From contig CAWJDT010000004.1 in assembly GCA_963841735.1 (NCBI GenBank), positions 128,001 through 192,000 on the forward strand: a DNA stretch of 64,000 nucleotides, in the 5' to 3' direction. The notes under the pieces are model-generated. The model worked only from the letters and a program-made list of their open reading frames with translations, was not told the DNA's origin and did no database searches. This DNA comes from an uncultured Actinomycetes bacterium (GTDB lineage: Bacteria > Actinomycetota > Thermoleophilia > RBG-16-64-13). The translations under genes and the position numbers were made by a program. Within the stretch, counting starts at the first letter, position 1; each line of letters opens with the position of its first letter. Below are positions 8,316 through 16,853 of the stretch, piece by piece.

Positions 8316-9307
8316 GTCAGCTGCGTAGAGTCCTCAGGCTATACAGCCGCGCACACGAGGGATCGGCGCTCCTGCTTGTTCTCTTCGTATGCCTGGCCGT
8401 CACGGTCGCCATTCAGACCCTGGCCACTGTCGTGGTGTGCGCGGAAAGAGCTCTGCATGACGAATCGGTGGGGCGGTCGCACGCTTTCGAGAAGAACGAG
8501 GCTCTCGCCGGTATGCGCTCGCGGCTACAGGCATTTTGGCGGCCGCTGCCGTGGGCCGTCGTCATCGACGTGCCTTATGAGGTGGAGGCGCGAGCGGCGG
8601 ATCTCGACGGTGGTCTGGGATGGGTGATGCGGGTGGACGTCCGCCAGCCGCTCGAGGTGTCTCGGATGGTCTTCTCTGCGTGGGCAGAGAGAGGACGTGA
8701 CGGCATTGACCTGCCGCTGGCTGCCCTAGTGGCGACAAGGGTCATCTTGGATCCCGATCGGGTGTCGCCCTGGCTCGAAATCGAGGATTCGGGAGTGAGC
8801 GGTGCAGCAGACGTACCTCAGCCGAACGTCACCGCAGCCGCATACTTGGTCGAACCTCCTACAGGGGTCGCTGTGGGAGAGGCTTGTGTGGCAGCCGAGG
8901 CGCGTGCAGAGTGGCGGCTTGACGACGGGTGGAAGCTGCTTGGGCGCGGCTGCGCGGGCCTCGGTCCCGGAGTTGTCTGGGTGTCTGCTGGGCCGGGGGA
9001 GACAGTGGACCTCCCCGAGGAGTGCGACGGTCAGAGCGCCAACACACCCGTTTTGGCAATGGTCAGCGGGGGCGGGGACCTCGACCTGCGGGAGCTAGGG
9101 GATCTGTACGGGGTGGTGGTAGTGGATGGGGGCTCGCTGCTGCTCGAGGGGACTGTGCTGCATGGAGCCGCTTTCGTAACCGAGTCCGCAACGCTGGGCG
9201 CCCGCGGGATTCTGCGATACTCCCAGCCACTTCTTCGCTGGGCGACGGATCGGTCGCTCTGCCGGGTAAGACTGTTGCCTGGCAGCCGCTGGGAGGGCAC
9301 GGAGTAG
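8312..9307 (+). CDS. Minor pilin, PilX/GspK-like
   Basis: HEG|SALLLVLFV lacks E5, as is diagnostic for K-type pilins; largest of the four; C-terminal YGVVVVDGG...LHGAAFV beta-rich pattern. Confidence 0.75.
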   Translation: MSQLRRVLRLYSRAHEGSALLLVLFVCLAVTVAIQTLATVVVCAERALHDESVGRSHAFEKNEALAGMRSRLQAFWRPLPWAVVIDVPYEVEARAADLDGGLGWVMRVDVRQPLEVSRMVFSAWAERGRDGIDLPLAALVATRVILDPDRVSPWLEIEDSGVSGAADVPQPNVTAAAYLVEPPTGVAVGEACVAAEARAEWRLDDGWKLLGRGCAGLGPGVVWVSAGPGETVDLPEECDGQSANTPVLAMVSGGGDLDLRELGDLYGVVVVDGGSLLLEGTVLHGAAFVTESATLGARGILRYSQPLLRWATDRSLCRVRLLPGSRWEGTE

Positions 9308-9331
9308 GCGGGCACAGGTATACTCTTCAGC

Positions 9332-9793
9332 ATGGAATCTGGCGAGAGAAGAGCAGAAGGCTCGGTCGCGTGGAGGAAGAAGCGGCCACGGCGGCCTCCG
9401 CTGGACTGCCGGGAATGTGGCGCTGTTTGCGAGCGACTGATATCGCCCTGGCGCTGCCTGCGGGCGGGATGTGCATGCGTGTACTCGTACAGAGACGAGG
9501 AGACGACGTACTTTGGCTGCCTTCACAAGGTTTTTGCCCCCGAGCTTGATCTGGCCGCATTTGTTGACGAAACTGGGCAGGTGAATCGCCGAGCCGATCC
9601 GTACGGAAGCATCCGGGCGACGAGGGAGCCGCGGGTGCACTGCCCGGTTAGCGTCGAGCGCGCGTACGAGGGCGATTACGCCGCACAGTGCCGGAATCCG
9701 GGGTTCTTGCACGGGTACTTTCCGGAACGAGGACGCGACCGCCCTTTGGACGCGAAGCCCCGCGGCGCCATGGATCATGACCTGCCGAACTGA
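9332..9793 (+). CDS. Cys-rich hypothetical protein, probable metal binder
   Basis: CRECGAVC...CLRAGCAC...GCLHK...HC...QC; TATACT 7 nt before ATG (leaderless-like); 12 nt gap to rnz. Confidence 0.75.
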   Translation: MESGERRAEGSVAWRKKRPRRPPLDCRECGAVCERLISPWRCLRAGCACVYSYRDEETTYFGCLHKVFAPELDLAAFVDETGQVNRRADPYGSIRATREPRVHCPVSVERAYEGDYAAQCRNPGFLHGYFPERGRDRPLDAKPRGAMDHDLPN

Positions 9794-9805
9794 CGGGCGA
9801 GTACT

Positions 9806-10741
9806 GTGGATCTTCAACTAGTCTTCTTAGGCACGGGCGGAGCCACTCCTACTGTCGAGCGGGGTTTGCCGGCCACGCTGCTCATCCGGGGAGGGGAGCG
9901 GATCCTCGTGGACTGTGGGGAGGGCACCCAGAGACAGCTCATGCGCTCGGCCGGTCTTGCGCGCATCGGCTTGATCCTGCTTACCCATCTGCATGGTGAT
10001 CACTATCTTGGTCTCCCCGGCTTACTCAAAACCTACAGCCTGCTGGGTCGTTCGGAGCCTTTGCTGCTACTTGGACCAAGTGGCTTGTACGAGATGCTCC
10101 GCGACGCGGAACGGTTGATTGGGAAGCCCCGGTTTCCCTTCTTTGCCGAGGAGGTCGGTGAGGGCGTTGCTCTCGAGGGCACGGACTATCGCTTGCGGAC
10201 CGCTGTCACGCAGCACGGGCTGCCCGGTGTAGCGTGGTGCCTGGAGGAGGATGACAGGCCGGGAGCATTCCACCCAGAAAGAGCCCGGGAATTGGGGGTA
10301 GTCCCCGGTCCCGATTTCGGCCGTTTGCAGCGGGGCGATGCTGTGACCACGGCCGAGGGCCGTACCGTGCACCCGGAAGAGGTCATGGAAGGGGCGAGAT
10401 CGGGCCGTAAGATCGTAATAACCGGAGACACGCGGCCGACGGCGGCAGTCACCGAGTTGGCGGCGGGGGCCACGGTTCTGGTGCACGACTGCACTTTTGG
10501 ATCGTCAGAGCGGGAGAGGGCCGTGGAGACCGGTCACTCCACCGCGCGAGAGGCGGCCGAGGTAGGCCTGGCCGCGGGCGTGGGTACTCTGGTGCTGACG
10601 CATATCAGCTCTCGTCACAGCTGGCGCGAATTGCGGGACGAGGCGCGGAGCGTTTTTGCGAGGGCGATCGTGCCTCGCGACTTCGACACGCTGGTGGTGC
10701 CCAACCCCGAAAAAGGCAGTGCGTTCGTCGAACCGGTATAA
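9806..10741 (+). CDS. rnz: Ribonuclease Z
   Basis: LGTGGATPT, DCGEGTQRQ, HLHGDH metal motif, flexible arm GVVPGP, GDTRP, HST, LTHISSR. Confidence 0.95.
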   Translation: MDLQLVFLGTGGATPTVERGLPATLLIRGGERILVDCGEGTQRQLMRSAGLARIGLILLTHLHGDHYLGLPGLLKTYSLLGRSEPLLLLGPSGLYEMLRDAERLIGKPRFPFFAEEVGEGVALEGTDYRLRTAVTQHGLPGVAWCLEEDDRPGAFHPERARELGVVPGPDFGRLQRGDAVTTAEGRTVHPEEVMEGARSGRKIVITGDTRPTAAVTELAAGATVLVHDCTFGSSERERAVETGHSTAREAAEVGLAAGVGTLVLTHISSRHSWRELRDEARSVFARAIVPRDFDTLVVPNPEKGSAFVEPV

Positions 10742-10742
10742 T
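10737..10742 (+). promoter_or_regulatory. Perfect -10 box overlapping the rnz stop codon; candidate tRNA promoter
   Basis: TATAAT 50 nt upstream of the tRNA; a second -10-like TATCAT at 10773-10778. Confidence 0.45.
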
Positions 10743-10792
10743 GGCGCGTCGCCGTTTCATAGCGGCGATGACTATCATTCGGTTTCATTTAC

Positions 10793-10865
10793 GCCCACGT
10801 AGCTCAGGGGATAGAGCACTGGCCTCCGGAGCCAGGTGTCGCAGGTTCGAATCCTGCCGTGGGTA
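10793..10865 (+). tRNA. tRNA-Arg(CCG), CCA not encoded
   Basis: Cloverleaf: acceptor GCCCACG/CGTGGGT (G1-U72 wobble), D arm GCTC/GAGC, anticodon arm CTGGC-CTCCGGA-GCCAG, T arm GCAGG-TTCGAAT-CCTGC; followed by ACT, not ACCA. Confidence 0.97.
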
Positions 10866-10901
10866 CTTAGGTCGTTAGCGCGCCCGTGTCTGGGAGGAAC
10901 G

Positions 10902-11129
10902 GTGACGAAGAAGTATGACCCACTGTGGGAGATTGTTGGCGAGAAGGTAGCTCTGCAGGGCCAAGAGCTCGATGTGGGTACGCAGTGTCCGCAATGTCAC
11001 GTCATGGTGCGCCTAGGAGCCACCGCGGGAGTGGGCGACAGGTTCGGCTGCGGGCTCTGCGGGGAGGTTGCCGTAGTCGTTGGCGGTCCGATAGGTCTTG
11101 GGCTAGAGAAGGATACAACCCAGACTTGA
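10902..11129 (+). CDS. Small zinc-ribbon protein, LysW-like spacing but no EDWGE tail
   Basis: RBS GGGAGG then GTG; CPQC-x17-CGLC; the ORF track start at 10836 lies inside the tRNA and is wrong. Confidence 0.7.
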   Translation: MTKKYDPLWEIVGEKVALQGQELDVGTQCPQCHVMVRLGATAGVGDRFGCGLCGEVAVVVGGPIGLGLEKDTTQT

Positions 11130-11145
11130 CGGGTTGAGGGGGCGC

Positions 11146-11163
11146 GTCCGGATCTAGCCGGAC
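11146..11163. terminator. Small hairpin between convergent genes
   Basis: GTCCGG-ATCTAG-CCGGAC. Confidence 0.35.
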
Positions 11164-11170
11164 CCATTCA

Positions 11171-12280
11171 CTAGTAGCGGATCAGCGGCCGGCCGAGGGC
11201 GTCCTTGCCTTTGGGGTTGCCCAACTCGTCCGCGAGTTCGGTGGGCGCCGAAACAGTCGTAGGGTCTCCGTCGGAGATATAGCGCAGTTCCGGGCGCGCT
11301 TTGAAGGCATCAATGGCGGCTTGGATGGTCTCTCCATTACCCTCTACTCGTAGTATGTGCAGCGGTTTGAAGACGTCTGAGAAGGGGGAGGGGCAGAGAG
11401 CTAGGCCTTCATTCAGGCCAAGCGCGGCGGTGTACGCGTATGAGATATCCTGGTATTGGCCTGTGGCCAAGATAGTCTCTGATTCGGGGAACTTGCCCAG
11501 GGGGACGGAAAGGCTGGTCACGGAGTAGGACCCGCCTACGTACTCTTCGAGGGTTTGCTGTGATTGTGCGAGTTGCTTCTGTATGTCGTCCGACGAAGCT
11601 TTGCTGAGGTCGAGTCGCGTGACGGTGTTACTGCCCACTTCGTAGCCCCAGTCCACTAAGTTGTGGAGCTTCTCCTGTTTTCTCTCTGGCTGGCCAAACA
11701 GCTCGTTGTCTTTGGGGCTGACGTCGAGAAGGCAGAAGAACGAGGCGCGAGCAGCCCAGTTCTTGGATTCCGCGGCCTTCTGTAGGATGCCGACAGCGCA
11801 TTCGGAATCGATGGAACCATTGTCCAGGATCCTATACTGCCCGGGGCTCGATTCGTCGAAGGTGATGACCACTGGGGACTTGCCGGCAGGGATGTCGATG
11901 TTGCCCGAGACGAGATCCCTGACCGTGATGGGGAAGAAGTCCTCGTCTTGGAGCAGGGCGATATCTTCGCGCAGACCGTCGGGAGTGCGGGTAGTGGCGT
12001 TCTCTTCAAACCCGATCTCGTGATAGACGAGCGTCAACACCTGGCCCAGTTCGTTCGCTCCTATGGTTTCCGCCCGATCGGCGGTCATCGGTTCGCGAAC
12101 GGTCTGGTCGGTCTGTGGATCGGCAGCTGCATCGATCGAGGCGCCAGATCTGTCGTCCTGGATAACGGTTGGGCCGGCAGTGCCGCCACCGCCTCCGAAG
12201 GCAAGTCCGAAGATTAGGCCCAAAAAGGCCCCGACCGCAAAGGCGATCGTCACAAAGCGTAAGACCTTGTCGCGGCGCAT
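11171..12280 (-). CDS. Membrane-anchored polysaccharide deacetylase (NodB/CE4-like) family protein with degenerate catalytic motifs
   Basis: N-terminal TM helix; LVYHEI, PVVITFDESSPGQ, GYEVGSNTVTRLDL, LSVPLG align to CE4 motifs 1-3. Confidence 0.8.
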   Translation of the reverse strand: MRRDKVLRFVTIAFAVGAFLGLIFGLAFGGGGGTAGPTVIQDDRSGASIDAAADPQTDQTVREPMTADRAETIGANELGQVLTLVYHEIGFEENATTRTPDGLREDIALLQDEDFFPITVRDLVSGNIDIPAGKSPVVITFDESSPGQYRILDNGSIDSECAVGILQKAAESKNWAARASFFCLLDVSPKDNELFGQPERKQEKLHNLVDWGYEVGSNTVTRLDLSKASSDDIQKQLAQSQQTLEEYVGGSYSVTSLSVPLGKFPESETILATGQYQDISYAYTAALGLNEGLALCPSPFSDVFKPLHILRVEGNGETIQAAIDAFKARPELRYISDGDPTTVSAPTELADELGNPKGKDALGRPLIRY

Positions 12281-12323
12281 AATCGAGCCAGTCTAGCAGA
12301 TGTTCCTGTAAACTGGCTTGGTC
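12281..12323. promoter_or_regulatory. Back-to-back divergent promoters in a 43-bp gap
   Basis: Minus strand TGC-TAGACT 9 nt before ATG 12280; plus strand TAAACT (12309-12314) 9 nt before ATG 12324; no SD on either side. Confidence 0.55.
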
Positions 12324-13574
12324 ATGTCACAAAGCTACTACAGCGAAAACTACCATCCTCCGCGGCGACCTCGTCGGCGTCGGGGCGCGGGGCGAAGGCT
12401 TGCGGCTATCGCTCTGATGGGAGCGGTGGCTTTCGCCGGCGGGTTTGCGCTGCTCTGGGCACTGGGCGGTTGGATCGTCGGGGGCAATGGCGCCGACTCG
12501 GGCCCCGGGGATGGAGGGGCTGTGGCCGCCGCTGTTGCGTCGGCGCAAACGGACTACACGGTGGAGCCCCTTGTTGACCTGCTAGCCTTTCGCGATCTCT
12601 CGTACGTGCCTGTCAAGGGAGTCTATATGACCGGCTACAGCGCCGGTTCGTCAAAGGCAGTCGACAGGCTGGTGGGACTTGCGGATCGCACCGAAGTCAA
12701 CGCCTTTGTGATCAATGTGAAGGACGATGACGGCACGATCATGTATGAGACTAACGCGCCGATGGCCGAGGACCTAGACACATATAGTAGCGTGATAGGT
12801 GATATTGACGGGCTTCTTGCGACAATGGCCGAGCACGAGATCATCCCCATAGCGCGGATAGTGTGTTTCAAAGACAACATCCTCCCCAAGAAGAGAGTCG
12901 ACCTGGCCGTGTTGGACAGTCGGACGGGGGAGCCGTGGCAGGACAACGGTAGTGCGCGCAGCACGTATCTGAACCCCTATAGCCACGAAGTGTGGGAATA
13001 CCTAGTGCAGGTGGCTGAGGACGCTGCCCGCCGGGGTTTCCGGGAGATCCAGTTTGACTACGTGCGTTTTCCGACCGACGGAGACGTCAAGTACATGGAG
13101 TTTCCAGGGCAGTACTGTTCGAGGGAGGATGCGATCGCGGGCTTTCTGGCCTACGCGCGCCCGCGCCTGGAGAAGGCCGGAGTGTGGGTGTCGGCGGATG
13201 TGTTCGGTCTGGTGCTCGCCCACCCCAAGGACAATAGCCCCGCGCAGAATCTCGAGAAGATCTGCAGAAGCGTGGACATTCTGTGTCCCATGGTCTACCC
13301 GGACCTCTACAACTCCGGGTCCTACGGAGTCACGAATCCCAACAGCTCACCGTACGCGATTGTCAGTGGGGCCATGAAGGATATGGCCGCGCGGCTGCCC
13401 GGGCTTGGCGCGAAGGGTCGTCCCTGGCTGCGAGATTACGATTGGCGAGGGGTGCTGTACGAGGCCAAGGAAATCCAGGCGGAAATCAGAGCCGCTTCAG
13501 AACAAGGCTACGACGAGTGGATTCTCTGGAATTCGAGTAACCAATATACTGAGGATGCGCTGCAACCTCAGTAG
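12324..13574 (+). CDS. Membrane-anchored putative glycoside hydrolase (DUF4015-type TIM barrel), copy 1
   Basis: Arg-rich N-terminus plus TM helix; VKGVYMT, INVKDDDG, ARIVCFKD, GFREIQFDYVRFP, SADVFG, PMVYP, WILWNSSNQY. Confidence 0.8.
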   Translation: MSQSYYSENYHPPRRPRRRRGAGRRLAAIALMGAVAFAGGFALLWALGGWIVGGNGADSGPGDGGAVAAAVASAQTDYTVEPLVDLLAFRDLSYVPVKGVYMTGYSAGSSKAVDRLVGLADRTEVNAFVINVKDDDGTIMYETNAPMAEDLDTYSSVIGDIDGLLATMAEHEIIPIARIVCFKDNILPKKRVDLAVLDSRTGEPWQDNGSARSTYLNPYSHEVWEYLVQVAEDAARRGFREIQFDYVRFPTDGDVKYMEFPGQYCSREDAIAGFLAYARPRLEKAGVWVSADVFGLVLAHPKDNSPAQNLEKICRSVDILCPMVYPDLYNSGSYGVTNPNSSPYAIVSGAMKDMAARLPGLGAKGRPWLRDYDWRGVLYEAKEIQAEIRAASEQGYDEWILWNSSNQYTEDALQPQ

Positions 13575-13620
13575 TCGAGTGTTGGCGTCGAGGATCCCGT
13601 CCAGATGGCCGATGCTCCGC

Positions 13621-13666
13621 CACGAACGCAGCGCACGAACGTGACGCACGGATGAGATCACAAGTG
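13621..13666 (+). repeat. Short direct repeats with about 13-bp period in the intergenic region
   Basis: CACGAACG at 13621 and 13634, CACGGATG at 13647, CACAAGTG at 13659. Confidence 0.45.
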
Positions 13667-13714
13667 GATGTCTCATAATTGTTGAGAGGCCCCGTTCCTG
13701 TAAACTGCGGGGTC

Positions 13715-14980
13715 ATGCCACAAAGGTACTACAGCGAAGACTACCATCCCCCGCGGCGGACTCGTCGACGTAGAGGAGCGGGGCGAAGGCTTGCCGCCAT
13801 CGCGGTGATGGGTGCCGTGGCTTTCGCGGGCGGGTTTGCGTTGCTCTGGAGTCTGGGCGGTTGGATCGTTGGAGGCGATGGCGCCGACTCGGGGTATGGG
13901 GGTGGAGAGGCTGTTGCTGCTGCCGTTGCGTCGGCGCAAACGGACTACACAGTGGAGCCCCTTGTCGACCTGGTGGCGTTTCGCGATCTCTCATACGAGC
14001 CCATCAAGGGCCTCTATATGACCGGATACAGCGCCGGTTCTTCCAACGCGGTCGACAGGCTGGTGGGGCTTGCGGATCGTACCGAAATCAACGCCTTCGT
14101 AATCAATGTTAAGGACGATGACGGGTTTGTGACCTATGAGACCGATGCGCAGACGGCGAAGGCCCTCGGCACGGACAGGGACATCATAGGAGACATAGAC
14201 GGGCTTTTGGCCAAGCTTGCGGAACACAACATCATCCCTATCGCGAGGGTAGTGTGTTTCAAGGATGACGTGTTGCCCAAGGCGAGGCCTGACCTTGCCG
14301 TGGTGGACGCTCAGACGGGGGAGCTGTGGAGGGACAACAGCAAGTACCATCACACATATCTGAACCCCTATAACCACGAAGTTTGGGAATACCTCGTGCA
14401 GGTGGCGGAAGATGCTGCCCGCCGGGGTTTCCGTGAGATCCAGTTCGACTATGTTCGTTTCCCGGAGACCAACCAATCCACGGCAAAGTACCCCGGAGAG
14501 TACTGCACCAAGGATGAGGCGATCGCCGGGTTCTTGGGGTACGCGCGACCGCGTCTCGAGAAGATGGGCGTGTGGGTCTCGGCCGATGTCTTCGGTCTAG
14601 TGATTCGCACTCCCTCGAACAACGGCATCGGACAGGATCTCTACAAGATGTCGAGGAACATCGATATTCTTTGTCCTATGCCCTACCCGTCTCATTACAG
14701 CGCTAACTCATACTCGCTGGCGAATCCTAACGCGAAACCCTACGAGCTCATGACGGCCGCCATGAAGGAGGCGGCAACACGCCTCGCCGGCACGGGTACC
14801 GAGTGTCGCCCTTGGCTGCAGGACTTCTCCAGTTCGGGTATGGCCGGGGGGACCTTCGTCGAGTATGGTGCAGAGGAAGTAAAAGCGCAGATAAGGGCAG
14901 CTGAAGAGCAGGGTTTCGACGAGTGGTTGCTCTGGAACGCCAGCAACAAGTACACCGAGGGCGCGCTGCGCGCTGAGTAG
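13715..14980 (+). CDS. Membrane-anchored putative glycoside hydrolase (DUF4015-type), copy 2
   Basis: Tandem paralogue of 12324-13574 with the same motifs plus PWLQDF; upstream GTTCCTGTAAACTG..GGTCATG duplicated with the gene. Confidence 0.8.
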   Translation: MPQRYYSEDYHPPRRTRRRRGAGRRLAAIAVMGAVAFAGGFALLWSLGGWIVGGDGADSGYGGGEAVAAAVASAQTDYTVEPLVDLVAFRDLSYEPIKGLYMTGYSAGSSNAVDRLVGLADRTEINAFVINVKDDDGFVTYETDAQTAKALGTDRDIIGDIDGLLAKLAEHNIIPIARVVCFKDDVLPKARPDLAVVDAQTGELWRDNSKYHHTYLNPYNHEVWEYLVQVAEDAARRGFREIQFDYVRFPETNQSTAKYPGEYCTKDEAIAGFLGYARPRLEKMGVWVSADVFGLVIRTPSNNGIGQDLYKMSRNIDILCPMPYPSHYSANSYSLANPNAKPYELMTAAMKEAATRLAGTGTECRPWLQDFSSSGMAGGTFVEYGAEEVKAQIRAAEEQGFDEWLLWNASNKYTEGALRAE

Positions 14981-15029
14981 TGTTCGGAAGACGCATCGGG
15001 CGACGTGCCGGCGCGCGGTGCCGCGTCGG

Positions 15030-16766
15030 CTAGGCGACGATCAGCGGTACCAGTCGCTGAGCTTGCACATCGAGAATGCCGTCCAGAGTTATGCGGAGCC
15101 GGGGTATCACGCTCAGTGTGATGAAGCTGAGCACCATGAAGGGCTCCTCGAAATCCACTCCCAGTGCGGCGACGGCCGCTTCAAGGGCCCGTAGGCGGCC
15201 GCCTGCCTCAGGTGCAGGCAGATCGGTCATCAGACCCGCAAGCGGAAGGGGCAGAGTCAACACAGAGCCCCTGTCGACAACGGCGAGCCCGCCGCCCACG
15301 CGCGCGACGGATCGGGCTGCCGTCAGCATGTCTTGCGGATCGACGCCGGTGACCAGCAGGTGATGGGCGTCGTGGGCGATGGTGGTCGCGATCGCCCCTC
15401 GGAAGAGACCCAGGCCGCTCACTAAGCCGCGCCCGATCCTAGCGGAGTCCGCTGGAGCCGGCGTATTCAGCGCCGACCTCTCGAGTAGGGCCACCAGCGC
15501 GACGTCGTTGTCGCGGTCGGCTTCCATGCGGCCTCGTCTGGCGCGAACCTCCACAATGCGCTCGTCGCTCACGATAGTGCGGGGGGTCAAGTGGATAGCG
15601 CGCGCGCGATGTCGGCCGTCCGCGGCCGGCGGGGCGAGTTCGGAGGAATCAGCTACCTGAAGGACGATGGGGTGCGAGGCCAGCGGGGGGCAGGCCGGAA
15701 GCTCGCCTACCAACCGGCCATCGGTGGCAACCACGGCGCCGCCCCGGACGACGCAGGTGGGGTGGGGCAAGGAGGGGTCGCTCACCACGAGGAGGTCGGC
15801 CCGCAGCCCAGGCGTGATGCTTCCGCGGTCGTGAAGTCGGTACAACGTAGCCGGGTTGAGAGTGGCCGCCCTGAGGCTGTCATTAAGGGACACGCCGGCC
15901 CTGGCCATGGCTCCCACCACCCCATCCAGATGGTGATGCTCGGCCAGGGCGGCCGCATTGCGATCGTCGGTGCAGAGGGCGGTGCGCTCGGTGCCGTGCT
16001 CGACCAAGAAGGGCATAGCGCGGACGAGATCTCGGGCGGCCGAACCCTCGCGTATGAGTATCCACATGCCAAGCCGCCTGCGTTCGAGGAGTAGCTCAGG
16101 CGTGGAGGTCTCGTGATCGCTGATCGGCCCCGTAAGCAGGTAGGCGGCGAGCGAGGGGCCGCTTACATCGGGGGCGTGACCGTCGACCACCCGCCCTTCG
16201 GCAAGCTCTGCCAGTATGGGCGAATAGTGGCCGCCGATGAGACCCAAGTAATCCATGGCCTCGCCCAGCCCAACGACGCCGTCCTCTTGAAGTAGGTCGG
16301 CGGCGTCGCTTTCTGACAAGCTGCCTGCCGCCCTCTCGAAAGGCGAGGCGGGCACCGTGGTGGGGACCATCAGGCGAAGGTCGAGCGGGAGGCCGGCGCG
16401 CGCCTGCAAGAAGAAATCCATGCCGGCCCGACCCAAGACATTGACGATCTCGTGCGGCTCCGAGATGGTAGTGGTAATGCCGTGGACGGCCAAAGCCTCG
16501 GCGAAGCGCGGAGGAGAGAGAAGAGATGACTCGGGATGGACGTGAGCATCGATCAGACCGGGGATAACGAAGGCTCCGCGTGCATCGATGATCGTTACGG
16601 CATCACTGGGGTAATCGCCGACTCCCGCGATGATCGAGCCGCACACAGCGACGTCAGCCGCCAAGAACTCTCCCGTGAAGGGCGAATACACTCGGCCGTG
16701 CCTTATGAGCAGACTCGGAGGGTCGAGAGCAAGGGCTACGCGCCGACATTGTTCGCGCTCGTGCAT
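15030..16766 (-). CDS. ade: Adenine deaminase
   Basis: PGLIDAHVHPESS, EPHEIVNV, LGEAMD, DGHAP, SDHE, IREGS, CTDD, TIAHDAHH, LPLAGLM, LSVIP; start placed at MHEREQ (16766) because the longer ORF overlaps the opposite-strand gene. Confidence 0.92.
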   Translation of the reverse strand: MHEREQCRRVALALDPPSLLIRHGRVYSPFTGEFLAADVAVCGSIIAGVGDYPSDAVTIIDARGAFVIPGLIDAHVHPESSLLSPPRFAEALAVHGITTTISEPHEIVNVLGRAGMDFFLQARAGLPLDLRLMVPTTVPASPFERAAGSLSESDAADLLQEDGVVGLGEAMDYLGLIGGHYSPILAELAEGRVVDGHAPDVSGPSLAAYLLTGPISDHETSTPELLLERRRLGMWILIREGSAARDLVRAMPFLVEHGTERTALCTDDRNAAALAEHHHLDGVVGAMARAGVSLNDSLRAATLNPATLYRLHDRGSITPGLRADLLVVSDPSLPHPTCVVRGGAVVATDGRLVGELPACPPLASHPIVLQVADSSELAPPAADGRHRARAIHLTPRTIVSDERIVEVRARRGRMEADRDNDVALVALLERSALNTPAPADSARIGRGLVSGLGLFRGAIATTIAHDAHHLLVTGVDPQDMLTAARSVARVGGGLAVVDRGSVLTLPLPLAGLMTDLPAPEAGGRLRALEAAVAALGVDFEEPFMVLSFITLSVIPRLRITLDGILDVQAQRLVPLIVA

Positions 16767-16775
16767 CGTGTGTAC

Positions 16776-16782
16776 TAGAATA
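16776..16782. promoter_or_regulatory. Candidate bidirectional promoter with overlapping -10 boxes
   Basis: TAGAATA reads TAGAAT on + and TATTCT on -, between the divergent ade and ACT-domain genes. Confidence 0.45.
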
Positions 16783-16853
16783 GCGTGCGCTCGTCCCGTT
16801 TTGGGAAGCCGTGCTGCAGCCGTAGACCGATTTGCGTGTTTTTTGGGGGCTTG

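Noticed and set aside
10836-10901. N-terminal extension of the small ORF in the track
   Set aside because: Overlaps the tRNA gene; a good RBS supports GTG 10902
13621-13666. CRISPR-like array
   Set aside because: Units are only 8 bp with 4-5 bp spacers and there are no cas genes
10793-15000. Genomic island integrated at tRNA-Arg
   Set aside because: No integrase, no duplicated tRNA 3' end seen downstream, and no obvious compositional shift
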